This document shows, piece after piece, positions 9,322-19,703 of a stretch of 64,000 nucleotides of DNA. Source of the stretch: Gemmatimonadota bacterium. Its GTDB lineage: Bacteria; Gemmatimonadota; Gemmatimonadetes; Longimicrobiales; Gaopeijiaceae. The notes under the pieces were generated by a model, which was not told where the DNA came from, did no database searches, and saw only the letters and a program-made list of their open reading frames with translations. Both the position numbers and the translations under genes were made by a program. Position 1 is the first letter of the stretch, and the number at the start of each line of letters is the position of its first letter. The stretch spans positions 17,705-81,704 of the forward strand of contig JBDHHQ010000018.1 in NCBI GenBank assembly GCA_039589315.1, in the 5' to 3' direction.

Positions 9322-11448
9322 CTAGAAGACCGTGCGATCCTCCAGGTGCGCCTCGATCTCGGAGCGGGTGCGCCAGACGGGCCGTAGCTCCTTGCCGGAG
9401 AAGTAGCGCAGCTGATCGGTCCTGTGGGGCGAACCAGGCTGGGAAGCGTTGCCGTAACCGATCAATGCCATGGCGCGCACCGGATCCGAGAACTCCACTG
9501 CGGCGACGTAGCTGTCGCCGCCCATGATCTCGAACCGGCCGTTGCCCTGATCACGGTACCAGGCCGCTCGAAAAACGCCCACCGGGTCGGCAAAGCCGTT
9601 GCCAGGCAGATCGAGGTCGTCCCGCTGAAGTCGGTAGACGTGTCCGAACGCCACGGCCAGCTGTCCGTACCGGTCCCGTACCGCAGCGGCGGCCGCCTCC
9701 AGGGCGCTCACCGCCACGTCGGCGTTGGCCAGGCCGTTGGGCGTCTCCAGCGGGCGGTCCGGGTCCCAGCCGTGGGCGAAGATCTGGTCGAACCCACCGC
9801 TCCTCCGCGACAGCTCCTGGGCCCAGGCCAGGAAGAGGACGGCACCGCGGCTGTCCGCGTCGGCGAGCCTGTCCCAGCGCTCCAGCACGTCCGCAGCGTT
9901 TCTGGCGGTCGGGGATCCTCGGGTCCGGGCCAGGGGGAGCAGCTCAGGCAGGAGCCGGTCCGCGAGCTCGATCCTCGTGGAGTGCTTGTACGTGACCAGC
10001 TCCTCGAAGGAGAGCGCCTCGTCCTCGCGGAGCATGCGGGCGGAGCGTTGAGGTCGGAACGCCATCCCCCGAGGCGCCATGTAGTCGGGAAACGATCGTG
10101 GGTCCAGTGCGCGGGGCAAGGTGGTGGTCCACGGGGGATCGTTGGCGTTTTGCAGCCATCCGGACTCGGGACTGAGCACGCGAGGGAGCTCCTCGTACTG
10201 GTGGACGTCGTCCCACAGGGTGCCGTGGGTGGCGCCCGGGATGAGGCCCTGCCAGTAGGTAAAGTCACCCGCCTCGCGCTCGGGCACCCGCCCGTTGAAC
10301 AGGTGCAGGATGTTGCCGTCCCGGTCGGCGTAGATGGTCGTGAACATGGGCAACTGCAACATGGCCATGGCCGCTTCGAACGACTCGAGGTCCCTCGCAC
10401 GCAGCATGTCCCAGCTCTGGCGGAGCACTTGCGACGCGTCCAGCCCGGCGACCCGCAGCGCCACGGCCTCCTCGACGGTCTCGCCGATCACGGGTCCGTG
10501 CACGGACTCCCGTACGTTGAGCCATTCCTCCCTTGGGAGATCTCCCTCCTGGCGGATCTTCAGCAGCTCGGCGCGGACCTCGAAGGGCCGGGTCTCGCCA
10601 TCCATGACGTAGCCGGTGCCATCCAGCTCGAGCAGGTAGACGTCGGCTCCGTCGTACGTGTTGACTGTGTGCGTCCAGCCGAGGTGGTCGTTGAAGGCGA
10701 TGGGCAGGAGCGGCAGGCCTACGAGCACCGCACCATACGCGTCCACGCCGGGGCTCGTCAGCTGAGCCTCGAACCATGTGAAAAGCCCACGCCACGGAAG
10801 GTGGGGGTTGGCCAGGAGTAGCGCGTTGCCACTCATGGATCGCTCTGGCGCGATCGCCCAGGCGTTCGAGCCGGCGCGTGAAGGGGTGGGCCCAGGGAGA
10901 CTGGCCGGCTGAGCCGCTTCCGCATCGATGGCCGCCAGCGCTGCTGCTGCGAAGCCTTGGGGCACGAGGCCCGGGTTGGACACGAACGTGAAGTGCACGA
11001 TCCGCTGGAGATGAGCGAGCACGTCCGTGGGCTCCACGGGGAGCACGCGACGGACCGAGGCGTCGATCCGGTCTCCGTTCTCCTCGGCCCAGGCATTCAT
11101 GCCCTCGGCGAAGGCGTCCAGGAAACCGCGAACCTCGCTGTCCTGAGCCTCGTACCACTCCGCCGCTCGGCCGGGGACGTCCATGGTCCGCACCCACCAG
11201 TCGGACTGGAGGGCCTCCTCACCCCAGTACTCTGCGGCCCGGCCCCTGGCCTCGCCGTACAGCCGAAGCACGAGATTGGCATGGTTGTTCATCTGCGCCC
11301 AGCCGAATGCATGGAACAGAGCTTCATCGGTGGCGGCGAAGATGTGGGGGATGCCGTAATCGTCCCAGAGGATCTCGGTGGGCTGAGGCGCGCAGGCGGG
11401 TAGGAGGGCCACTACCACGGCGAGACCGATCGCACGGACGTGGGACAT
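9322..11448 (-). CDS. Penicillin acylase family Ntn-hydrolase (acylase), likely lipoprotein
   Basis: WDDYGIPHI, GSNAWAI (beta-subunit Ser), LANPHLPW, lipobox-like LLPAC; start chosen at ATG 11448. Confidence 0.9.
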   Translation of the reverse strand: MSHVRAIGLAVVVALLPACAPQPTEILWDDYGIPHIFAATDEALFHAFGWAQMNNHANLVLRLYGEARGRAAEYWGEEALQSDWWVRTMDVPGRAAEWYEAQDSEVRGFLDAFAEGMNAWAEENGDRIDASVRRVLPVEPTDVLAHLQRIVHFTFVSNPGLVPQGFAAAALAAIDAEAAQPASLPGPTPSRAGSNAWAIAPERSMSGNALLLANPHLPWRGLFTWFEAQLTSPGVDAYGAVLVGLPLLPIAFNDHLGWTHTVNTYDGADVYLLELDGTGYVMDGETRPFEVRAELLKIRQEGDLPREEWLNVRESVHGPVIGETVEEAVALRVAGLDASQVLRQSWDMLRARDLESFEAAMAMLQLPMFTTIYADRDGNILHLFNGRVPEREAGDFTYWQGLIPGATHGTLWDDVHQYEELPRVLSPESGWLQNANDPPWTTTLPRALDPRSFPDYMAPRGMAFRPQRSARMLREDEALSFEELVTYKHSTRIELADRLLPELLPLARTRGSPTARNAADVLERWDRLADADSRGAVLFLAWAQELSRRSGGFDQIFAHGWDPDRPLETPNGLANADVAVSALEAAAAAVRDRYGQLAVAFGHVYRLQRDDLDLPGNGFADPVGVFRAAWYRDQGNGRFEIMGGDSYVAAVEFSDPVRAMALIGYGNASQPGSPHRTDQLRYFSGKELRPVWRTRSEIEAHLEDRTVF

Positions 11449-11707
11449 CAGTGTCCTTCCATGAGGGGTGCCAGGTAGCGGACGCACCGGCCCGCCCCCA
11501 ACATGCAGACGCGCTTTCCCTACGCAAGGAAGAGACGCTTGGGTTCGCCCGGGAGTTGCCCGAGGTCCATGGTCTCTGACGTCGTGCACGCGCCGGGTCA
11601 CCCCCGACGGCTGCCGGACCGGGCGGCCGTGATCCGGCCCGGCCACGCGGCGACCCTCCTCCCGACGGGGGGAGCGGGGTCGTCCGACGTGGCGTCCAGC
11701 GCCCGGG

Positions 11708-12169
11708 TCAGTCCGAGTAGGCCCACAGCAGCTCCCTGCTCCGTGGGTCCAGCTCAGCGGGATTCGGCACGTGGTACAGGTCCCCCGCAACGTCCCGTAT
11801 CAACAATCCGCCGCCCGGCACCTCCCGGGGCCAGTCGTCAAGCCTGGTCTGGAAGGTCCGCGCACCCTGGCGCGTGTCCACCTGCCACGCCCGGATCTCT
11901 ACCTCGTCCTCCACACTGCGAATGGCCGTGACCTCGAGCACGAACCCGGCCTCTGCCAGCGCGCCCTCGAGTACGACTCGCGAGGCCTCATCCAGCTCCG
12001 CCAGCTCCGTGACCATGGCCAGCTCCCGCTCGTCGTCGTCCCGGAGCGAGACGAACCGCTCCGGCTCCGACCAGGGGAAGCACCGGTACACGCGCACCGG
12101 GTCTGCCCGCCCGTTCCGCACGACCCAGAGCTGGCCGTCCACTCTCCGCTCCAACCTCAACTCGCTCAC
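11708..12169 (-). CDS. DUF1854-like protein
   Basis: V...RCFPWS.P..FVSL.D....E....W.VDT.QG.R.F..RDV.GD.Y..P....LD..SR.LL pattern; downstream of cognate ABC exporter. Confidence 0.75.
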   Translation of the reverse strand: MSELRLERRVDGQLWVVRNGRADPVRVYRCFPWSEPERFVSLRDDDERELAMVTELAELDEASRVVLEGALAEAGFVLEVTAIRSVEDEVEIRAWQVDTRQGARTFQTRLDDWPREVPGGGLLIRDVAGDLYHVPNPAELDPRSRELLWAYSD

Positions 12170-12202
12170 GGGTTCTTCCCTCCTTTCTGCCGTTTGTGTT
12201 GT

Positions 12203-12340
12203 GGGGTGAGTCGGAGCTGTCTCCCCCGCTGCTCGCGCTCGCGGCTCGCCGGCGGGCACCCGAAGGCTCACTCCGCATGCGAGCTACGGCTGCTACGCGC
12301 AGCCGACTTCGCTGCGGGGGAGACCGACCCGCCTCACCTC
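12203..12340. repeat. Long nested inverted-repeat (REP-like) element
   Basis: GTCTCCCCCGC (12219-12229) / GCGGGGGAGAC (12314-12324), outer GGGGTGAG/CTCACCTC, inner CGGCTGC-N5-GCAGCCG. Confidence 0.55.
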
Positions 12341-12424
12341 CACCCTGCCGGTCGTCGTCCAGATTCCATGTCGCTCGTTTCCAGTCACCCCGCCCAGCCA
12401 GCCACCCCCCCGAACGCACCGCGA

Positions 12425-12589
12425 GACGCTCGCGGAGCGGGCCAACCATCCCGTCCACTCCACAAAGGCCCGAGCCATGGTGTGTGGAGCGCCCGTGGAG
12501 CGCGCGACCATCGCCGCCACTCCACCGGCCCCCACCGTGGTGGGCAGGACGCTCGCGGAACGGGCCGTCCACCATCCCGCCCACTCCAC
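12425..12589. repeat. Degenerate ~62-64 bp tandem repeat, 3 copies
   Basis: Core ACCATC(C/G)C(G/C)..CCACTCCAC ending at 12463, 12525 and 12589; GACGCTCGCGGARCGGGCC shared by copies 1 and 3. Confidence 0.65.
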
Positions 12590-12711
12590 CCATCCCCCCT
12601 ACCGGTTGGAAAGGGCAGGGCGAATCGATCTCTCCTGCAGCGACTGTCTGCCGCGCGTAGCGGCAGAGCGAGGCAGGCGGAACACGCATGCAATCGCCGA
12701 ACGACCTGCGG

Positions 12712-12816
12712 CCGAGCGCAGGCGCTACAGGCGAGTCTCGATCGCCCTGCCCCACCACCAACTCCGAACGCAGGCGCTACAGGCGAGCTCGACCGCCCTG
12801 CCCCACCACCAACTCC
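12712..12816. repeat. ~52 bp tandem duplication of the ABC gene 3' end
   Basis: CCGARCGCAGGCGCTACAGGCGAG(T)CTCGAYCGCCCTGCCCCACCACCAACTCC at 12712-12765 and 12764-12816. Confidence 0.85.
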
Positions 12817-15083
12817 AGCTGCAGCTCGTGGAGCTTGCGGTACAGTCCATCCTCGCGTTCGAGGAGCTCCGCGTGCGTCCCGCTCTCCACCAACCTCCCC
12901 TGCTTCATCACGAACAGGCGTGACGCTTTGTGGAGCGTGGACAAGCGGTGGGCGATGGCGAATACGGTCCGCCCCGCCACCAACCGGTCCAGCGCCAGCT
13001 GGATGTTCCGCTCCGTCTCGGTGTCCACGGCGCTGGTGGCTTCGTCCAGGATCAGGATCCGGGGATCCTGGAGGATCGCCCGGGCGATCGAGATCCGCTG
13101 CCGCTCGCCCCCCGACAACGTCTGGCCACGCTCGCCGACCACGGTGTCGTAGCCGTGAGCCAGGTGCAGGATGAAGTCGTGGGCGTTCGCCGCCTGCGCG
13201 GCCTCGATCACCTGATCCAGCGACGCCTCGGGCACGCCGTAGCGGACGTTCTCCAGGATCGTCCCGTGGAACAGATACGGGTCCTGAAGCACCATCCCGA
13301 TCTGGCGACGGTAGTGGCCCATCTCCAGGCGGCTGACGTCCACGCCGTCGATGAGCACGCGTCCGCCGGTGGCGTCGTAGAACCTCGCGATCAGGTTGAT
13401 GACGGTAGTCTTCCCCCCTCCGCTCGGCCCCACGAGCCCGATCATCTCGCCCGGCGCCACGTCGAAGGTCACACCCTTGAGCACCTGACGGACGCCGTCG
13501 TACCCGAAGCTCACGTTCTCGAACGTGACCCGGCCCGACACCGGATCGAGACGCACCGGGTCGGGCACGTCCACGATCTCCGGCTCGGTGTCCAGCACCT
13601 CGAACACCCGGTGCGCCGAGCTCGTCGCCCGGTTCACGGTCCGGGCCATCTGACCGATGACCTCCATCGGCCCCACGAACATGGTCGTGTAGAGCAGGAA
13701 CGAGACGAACGTCCCTGCCGACAGGCTCGCCGCCTCGTCAACACCACCCACCAGGCGCGGAACGGCGAAGGCCCACACGGCCACGGTGGTCCCGTGCACG
13801 GCCAGCATCAGCGCCGGCCAGAACGTGGTCCAGTGCGCGTGGATCCGGTTGAACTCCTCCGTTGCCTCCCGATTCCGGGAACCGAACCGTGACTTCTCTC
13901 TCTCCTCCTGGTTGAATGCCTTCACCACCCGGACACCCGGGATCGTGTCCGACAGCACGTCGGTCAGCGCCGACCACTTCCGCCAGGCCCGGGTGAACAG
14001 CCTGTTGATGCGCTCCCCGTGCTTGAAGATGGCCCAGCAGAACACCGGTACCGGCAACGCCATGACCAGGCCCAGACGCCAGTCCAGGCTCAGCAGCACG
14101 GCGCTCAAGCCCATCAGCATCACCGCCGACAGCGACACGTCCACGATGCCGAACGCCAGGAACTCCCAGAGCCGGTCCGTATCCGAGCTCACCCGCGTGA
14201 TCAGGCCTCCCGTCTTCTTTCGCGAGAAGAACCCCAGGCTCAACCGCTGTAGGTGCTCGTACAGCTCGGTCCTCAGATCCCGGGCCACGAGCTCACCCAG
14301 CACCGACATCAGGCGCAGGCGCACGAGGGCAGCCCCCTGACGGATCAGGTACACGGCTGCCATGGCCAGCACGGCGATCCATGCCATCCTCCCCGCTGCT
14401 GACACGTCCAGGCGCCTTTCCTGGGCCGGCCTCACGACCTCGTCGATGAGGTAGCCGGCCAGGTACGGCGGGACGAGGCTCACGGCCGTGATGACACCGG
14501 CCGCGGCGAACCCCAGGGCCACCTGCCGCCTGTACGGCTTCAAGTACGACAGCAGTCGCCAGAGCACGCGAGCCTTGTTCCCAGCCACCAGCGCCTGGGC
14601 CTCCCGGATGGGGGCCGCCACCGAATCGGCGTACTCCCGGTCTGCGTCCTCGGAGCTCACCGAGCGACCCCGGAGCTGCTCCTCGAGCACGAACCGGAGG
14701 TTTTCCACGGCCCGGCGCTGACGGTGCGTGTACCGCAGGATGGCCAGGGCCGGATCGCCGGGAGCACCCAGAACGGTGAGCACGCTCCCGCTCAGCCCCG
14801 GGGCTTCCCTCAGCTCCCGGACCTGGCTGCGCGGCACGCTCCGCACCACCCAATCCCGTCTCGACCGCTTCTCCGTCGCGATCGCCAGGTGCTCGGGCCC
14901 GAGTGCCACCCAGCTGCGCACCAGATTCATGGACGCGTCCAGATCAACCAGCGTGTACAGCTGAACCGGACGTCCCCCCCACTCGGCCTCGATCCGCTTG
15001 CGCAGCTCGACCGGCAACCTCGCGGGCTGATCCGTGTACCGCCTGATGATCTCCTGGTCCATCCGACTGCGATGCTCCGACAT
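12777..15083 (-). CDS. ABC exporter (fused TMD+NBD) with ~190 aa N-terminal extension
   Basis: Walker A GPSGGGKT, LSGGERQR, ILILDEATS, IAHRLST; multi-helix TMD; GGGGAGAGG RBS. Confidence 0.93.
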   Translation of the reverse strand: MSEHRSRMDQEIIRRYTDQPARLPVELRKRIEAEWGGRPVQLYTLVDLDASMNLVRSWVALGPEHLAIATEKRSRRDWVVRSVPRSQVRELREAPGLSGSVLTVLGAPGDPALAILRYTHRQRRAVENLRFVLEEQLRGRSVSSEDADREYADSVAAPIREAQALVAGNKARVLWRLLSYLKPYRRQVALGFAAAGVITAVSLVPPYLAGYLIDEVVRPAQERRLDVSAAGRMAWIAVLAMAAVYLIRQGAALVRLRLMSVLGELVARDLRTELYEHLQRLSLGFFSRKKTGGLITRVSSDTDRLWEFLAFGIVDVSLSAVMLMGLSAVLLSLDWRLGLVMALPVPVFCWAIFKHGERINRLFTRAWRKWSALTDVLSDTIPGVRVVKAFNQEEREKSRFGSRNREATEEFNRIHAHWTTFWPALMLAVHGTTVAVWAFAVPRLVGGVDEAASLSAGTFVSFLLYTTMFVGPMEVIGQMARTVNRATSSAHRVFEVLDTEPEIVDVPDPVRLDPVSGRVTFENVSFGYDGVRQVLKGVTFDVAPGEMIGLVGPSGGGKTTVINLIARFYDATGGRVLIDGVDVSRLEMGHYRRQIGMVLQDPYLFHGTILENVRYGVPEASLDQVIEAAQAANAHDFILHLAHGYDTVVGERGQTLSGGERQRISIARAILQDPRILILDEATSAVDTETERNIQLALDRLVAGRTVFAIAHRLSTLHKASRLFVMKQGRLVESGTHAELLEREDGLYRKLHELQLELVVGQGGRARL

Positions 15084-15130
15084 CGTCCTCTCCCCCGTCC
15101 CGGAGCCCCTGTGGCTCCCGATTTCGACCT

Positions 15131-15180
15131 GCAAGAGAAACGCGGCCTCCCGGGTCCCGAAGGATCCGGAAGGCCGCGTT
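15131..15180 (-). terminator. Strong hairpin/terminator (possible attenuator) between small ORF and ABC exporter
   Basis: Minus strand AACGCGGCCTTCCGGATCC-TTCG-GGACCCGGGAGGCCGCGTT-TCTCTT; C(UUCG)G tetraloop. Confidence 0.8.
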
Positions 15181-15212
15181 GGCTATGCGGCCGAAACGCG
15201 AGAAACCCGGTC

Positions 15213-15356
15213 CTAAGGCACCCCCTCCACTTCCGCCTGCGTGGCGGCCGGCACGACGCTGCCGATCATGCCCTTGGGCACGATCCGCCCGTACCGCAGT
15301 CCCGCCCAGGGGCGGTCCGCGACAGCGTCGAAGCCGGAGTTGGTGAGGATTCTCAT
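15213..15356 (-). CDS. 47-aa small ORF (leader or precursor peptide), absent from the supplied ORF track
   Basis: MRILTNSGFDAVADRPWAGLRYGRIVPKGMIGSVVPAATQAEVEGVP*; AGGA upstream; GC-rich third codon positions; directly precedes hairpin and ABC gene. Confidence 0.6.
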   Translation of the reverse strand: MRILTNSGFDAVADRPWAGLRYGRIVPKGMIGSVVPAATQAEVEGVP

Positions 15357-15769
15357 CACTCGGGTTTCCTGTATGGGATCGGACTCCAGCGCCCGGGCGT
15401 CAGGTGACGCCAGGCGGATACCACTTCCGGGGGCTGGCCCCTACGCGGAGTCGGATCACTGGTGCATCTCGCGATCACTCGTGTCGGCGTCCACCTCGGA
15501 CGCCGGTCTGTGCAAGCTACGTACGTGGAGGGGGCCCATCAAGTTTCTCGTCGAGCGTGGTGCAGCCTTGACTCAGAAGATGCCCTATCCTCGTCGAAGC
15601 GGATGTGTGCTGCTTCGTGAGTGGGGTCGTGGTTCGGTGAGCGACGCCTAGCTCGTTCGGTTGCGTGACGGTTCCCAGGTCGGCCGACCTTCCTCGGAGC
15701 GACCCACTGCTCGTGCCCACGCCCCACCCGGCCTTGCCCGACCCACCCCCATCCCTACCTTCGCCCCTC

Positions 15770-16906
15770 ATGAGCCAAGTCAGCATGGTATCGCCGGAGG
15801 ACCAGGGCGCGACGTTCGTCGAGCTCTTCTTCGACCTGGTATTCGTGTTCGCGATCACCCAGGTGACCCACTACGCGGCCCATCACCTGGATGCCCACGG
15901 GATCTTCCGCGCGGTGGTCGTCTTCTGGCTCATCTGGTGGGGATGGACCCAGTTCACGTGGGCCCTGAACTCTGCCAACACACAGCACCACCACGTCCGG
16001 GTCGGCACGCTCGTCTCCACGGGCGTCGCGTTCGTGATGGCGGTGTCGTTGGACGACGCCTTCTCCGATACGACGGGGGCACTCTGGTTCGCGTTGTCCT
16101 ATGTGGGCGTTCGCACCCTGGGGTTGGGCCTCTACTACCAGGTGCTCACCGACGGCGCGCAGAGATCCTCGGTTCGCGCCTTCGCCATGCTCTCGATCGG
16201 AGGTCTGGTCGCCGTGCTGGTCGGCAGCCTGGTCGATCCGTCTCTGCGAGATTGGATCTGGCTCGCGGCCATAGCCATGGACTTCGGAGCGGCCTGGCTG
16301 GCTGGAAACAAGTGGTCGTGGGGCGTCCACGCCGGCCACTTCGCCGAGCGGCACGGTCTCATCATCATCATCGCTCTCGGCGAGTCGCTCATCGTCGCCG
16401 GCGGCGCGCTCGTGTCGGGCGTCACGCTGCCCGTCCTGGTGACCGGCTCGATCGCGGTGGTGCTGACCTGCCTCCTGTGGTGGACCTACTTCGGGTGGGT
16501 GCAGGGGGTGCTCGAAGAGTCCTTGATCGCCATCGAGGGTCCGGCGCGCTCCCAACTCGCGCGGGACGCCTATTCCTTCGGACACTTCCCGCTGGTGAGC
16601 GGGATCATCGCACTGGCCGTGGGCTTCGAGGCGTCGTTCCATCCGGAGGCCTACGGGCTCGTCCAGATCGCCGCAGCCGTCGGGGTGGGGCTCACCCTGT
16701 TCCTGGTATCGACTGCGGCCTCGCTCTGGCGCGCGCTTCGCTGCGTGCTGTGGAACCGCTTGATGGTCCTGGCGCTTACGCTGGGCGCGCTCGCCTTCAG
16801 CGCTGGGTCCTCCGTCAACGTGATCCTCGGCGTCGCCGCCGCAGGACTCGCCGTGATCGTGGTCATCGAGCAGTTGACGGTGCGCCGGCGTCTGGCGAGC
16901 CACTGA
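15770..16906 (+). CDS. ltrA: Low temperature requirement protein A family membrane protein
   Basis: TFVELFFDLVFVFAITQ, WWGW, HFAERHGLIIIIALGES, LWWTYF, Y..GHFP; start uncertain. Confidence 0.9.
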   Translation: MSQVSMVSPEDQGATFVELFFDLVFVFAITQVTHYAAHHLDAHGIFRAVVVFWLIWWGWTQFTWALNSANTQHHHVRVGTLVSTGVAFVMAVSLDDAFSDTTGALWFALSYVGVRTLGLGLYYQVLTDGAQRSSVRAFAMLSIGGLVAVLVGSLVDPSLRDWIWLAAIAMDFGAAWLAGNKWSWGVHAGHFAERHGLIIIIALGESLIVAGGALVSGVTLPVLVTGSIAVVLTCLLWWTYFGWVQGVLEESLIAIEGPARSQLARDAYSFGHFPLVSGIIALAVGFEASFHPEAYGLVQIAAAVGVGLTLFLVSTAASLWRALRCVLWNRLMVLALTLGALAFSAGSSVNVILGVAAAGLAVIVVIEQLTVRRRLASH

Positions 16907-16937
16907 CGTCCACCACCCTCCCACCCCGGGCACTCGG

Positions 16938-18035
16938 ATGTTCGATCGGAGCTTCGCCACCGCTCATGGACCCCGCGGTACCACCGTGACACGATCTTCA
17001 TGGCGCAGGGGCCCTTCGAGGGGAGTTCTGGGCTCGCTGTGCTTCTGCGCCGTTGCCCTCGGGTGTGACCCGGATGCGCCGCGCGCTGAAGGTGACCTGA
17101 TCCCGCTCAGCGTCGAGTTGGGGTCCCGGTCCGTCAGCAAGCTGCCCTTCGTGATCGCCGCAGATCAGGGTCTCTACGAGAAGCACGGTCTCGCCGTCCG
17201 GCTGTGGATGCCGGAGCCCGACTTTCGCGGTGGTTGGGAGCCGTCCACCGAGAGACCCCGTCGCCCCGACATCAGCGTGGACGGCGGAACCCCCATGATG
17301 GTCGACATGGTCACCAAAGCGACGGCCTTCACCCGCGTAATGCTGGCCTCGACCGACTGTGTCGTGCGGGCCCACATCGTCGCACGACCCGAGATCGAGA
17401 CCCTCGAGGACCTGAAAGGCAAGCGTCTGGGCATCTCCTCGGGAACGCACACCACAACCGGCTTCGTGGCCCTGAGACTGGCAGAGCGCATGGGCTGGGA
17501 CCCGGTACAGGACATCTCGATCATGCTCGGCGGTCGTACGATGCGCGCGCTTCGCGACGGCCGCGTGGACGCGATCGTGGCGAGTGAGCGGCGATTGGCG
17601 CAGGCTCGGCGGGAGGGCTTCCCGAGCCTGGTCGACACACGGACCTGGGACCTGCCGGTCGCCGGCAACAGCGTGCGCGTCGAACCGGGGTGGTTGGAGA
17701 CCGAGGCGAACCGTGACGCAGCACGCCGCTTCCTCCAGGCGACGATCGAGGGCATCGCGCTGTTTCATGCCGACCGCGAGCTGGCGCTCGAGGTCCTGGA
17801 GGAGTGGCACGGCGTCACGGACGCGGCCTACGCGGCGACATTCTACGACGGGGGTCGTTGGATTCCCCGTGAGCCCTACCCCTGCTACGACGGCATCGAC
17901 GCCACGCTCGAGCTCTACGACTCGAACGAGATGCGCAAGCACGTCGCGGGCGACTTCTATGACGACTCCCTGATGCGGGAGATCGACGAAAGCGGGTTCA
18001 TCGACAGCGTCTACGCCGCCGTCGCGGAGCGGTGA
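16938..18035 (+). CDS. ABC-type substrate-binding protein (NMT1/SsuA-like), orphan
   Basis: LPF.IA.DQG..EKHGL.V, IETLEDLKGKRLGIS, AL..G.VDA; lipobox-like ALGC; true start probably downstream. Confidence 0.8.
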   Translation: MFDRSFATAHGPRGTTVTRSSWRRGPSRGVLGSLCFCAVALGCDPDAPRAEGDLIPLSVELGSRSVSKLPFVIAADQGLYEKHGLAVRLWMPEPDFRGGWEPSTERPRRPDISVDGGTPMMVDMVTKATAFTRVMLASTDCVVRAHIVARPEIETLEDLKGKRLGISSGTHTTTGFVALRLAERMGWDPVQDISIMLGGRTMRALRDGRVDAIVASERRLAQARREGFPSLVDTRTWDLPVAGNSVRVEPGWLETEANRDAARRFLQATIEGIALFHADRELALEVLEEWHGVTDAAYAATFYDGGRWIPREPYPCYDGIDATLELYDSNEMRKHVAGDFYDDSLMREIDESGFIDSVYAAVAER

Positions 18036-18224
18036 GCTCCTTCGCCCGGTTGCTGCGAAGGTGCAGCGCCGATCCAGCGCCGGGGCAGCCTCAGCGGTAG
18101 AGGCCCAGGTGAGCGCCGCACCGGAGGCAGACGCCCGGCGCCCGGAGAGCGGCACCACCGCGATCCGCGGCGGCGCCGCTCACCCGAGGCCCTCACGCGT
18201 GTGGCGCTCCGTCGGCAAGAGCCT

Positions 18225-19703
18225 CTAGACGCCGACCGGCTCCCGCCCCTCCACCTCGAACTCCACGTCCAGGCCGAGCCTGCGAGCCACCCCCTCGCCG
18301 TACGCCGGATCGCACTGATAGAAGAGTGCGAGCTGGCGATGGACGATCGCCTCGGGCACGCCCTCCATGGCCTCGGCGATGTTGTGGAACAGCTGTTCCT
18401 TCTGACTCTCGCTCATGAGCCGGAAGAGGTTGCCGGGCTGGGTGAAGTCATCGTTCCCTTCCCGATGGTCGAACCTGTCCGCCATGGCGAAGTCGATCCC
18501 GAGGGCCGGCTCCTTGAGCGAGGGATCCTCCACCGGCCCGCCGAAGCTGTTCGGCTCGTAATGCACCTTGCCGCCCTCGTTGGCGTCAAAGCGCATGGCG
18601 CCGTCCCGGATATAGTTGTGCACGGGGCAGCGCGGCCTGTTCACGGGCAGCATCTCGTAGTTCGTGCCGACGCGGTAGCGGTGGGCGTCGGCGTACGAGA
18701 AGATACGGGCCTGCAGCATCTTGTCCGGCGACCAGCTGATGCCGGGAACCACGTTCGAGGGTGAGAACGAGGACTGCTCGACCTCGGCGAAGTAGTTCTC
18801 GGGGTTCCGGTTGAGCTCCAGAACGCCCACCTCGACCAGAGGGTAATCGGCGTGCGGCCAGACCTTGGTGAGGTCGAAGGGATTGACGTGGTACTTCGCC
18901 GCTTCGACTTCGGGCATGATCTGTACCATGAGCCGCCACCGCGGATACTCGCCTCCCTCGATGGCTTCGTATAGATCACGCTGGTGCGTCTCGCGGTCCT
19001 GGCCCACGAGCGTCGCGGCTTCGGCGTTGGGCACGGTCTCGATGCCCTGGAGGGTCTTGAAGTGGAACTTGACCCAGACGCGCTCCCCATCGGCGTTGAT
19101 GAAGCTGTAGGTGTGGCTGCCGTACCCGTTCATGTGCCGGTACGAACGCGGCAGGCCGCGGTCGCTGAACAGGATCGTCAGCTGGTGCAGGCTCTCCGGC
19201 GACAGGGACCAGAAGTCCCACATCGCGGTGTTGGACCGCAGGTTCGTCTTCGGGTCCCGCTTCTGTGTCCGGATGAAGTCCGGGAACTTGTACGGATCGC
19301 GGACGAAGAAGACGGGCGTGTTGTTCCCAACCAGGTCCCAGTTGCCCTGATCCGTGTAGAACTTCACGGCGAACCCGCGCACGTCCCGCTCCGCGTCCGC
19401 AGCGCCCCGCTCGCCCGCCACCGTGGAGAAGCGAAGGAAGACCTCGGTCTCCTTCCCGACGCGAGAGAAGATGGATGCCTTGGTGTACTGGGAGAGGTCG
19501 TTGGTGACGGTGAATGTCCCGAAGGCACCCGAGCCCTTGGCGTGGACGACGCGTTCGGGAATCCGCTCGCGATTCTGATGGGCCAGCTTCTCCAGAAGCT
19601 GATAGTCCTGCATCAGGAGCGGTCCACGGGGCCCGACGGTGAGGCTGTTCTGGTTGTCGGCGACGGGACTTCCGCCGGTGGTCGTGAGTGTCTCTCGGTT
19701 CAT
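18225..19703 (-). CDS. katA: Monofunctional heme catalase (small subunit)
   Basis: [40 protein letters not shown]. Confidence 0.96.
   Translation of the reverse strand: MNRETLTTTGGSPVADNQNSLTVGPRGPLLMQDYQLLEKLAHQNRERIPERVVHAKGSGAFGTFTVTNDLSQYTKASIFSRVGKETEVFLRFSTVAGERGAADAERDVRGFAVKFYTDQGNWDLVGNNTPVFFVRDPYKFPDFIRTQKRDPKTNLRSNTAMWDFWSLSPESLHQLTILFSDRGLPRSYRHMNGYGSHTYSFINADGERVWVKFHFKTLQGIETVPNAEAATLVGQDRETHQRDLYEAIEGGEYPRWRLMVQIMPEVEAAKYHVNPFDLTKVWPHADYPLVEVGVLELNRNPENYFAEVEQSSFSPSNVVPGISWSPDKMLQARIFSYADAHRYRVGTNYEMLPVNRPRCPVHNYIRDGAMRFDANEGGKVHYEPNSFGGPVEDPSLKEPALGIDFAMADRFDHREGNDDFTQPGNLFRLMSESQKEQLFHNIAEAMEGVPEAIVHRQLALFYQCDPAYGEGVARRLGLDVEFEVEGREPVGV

Noticed and set aside
12425..12589. 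Possible mini CRISPR array (period ~63 bp)
   Set aside because: Repeats are degenerate, the intervening segments resemble each other, and there are no cas genes; this is a tandem repeat.
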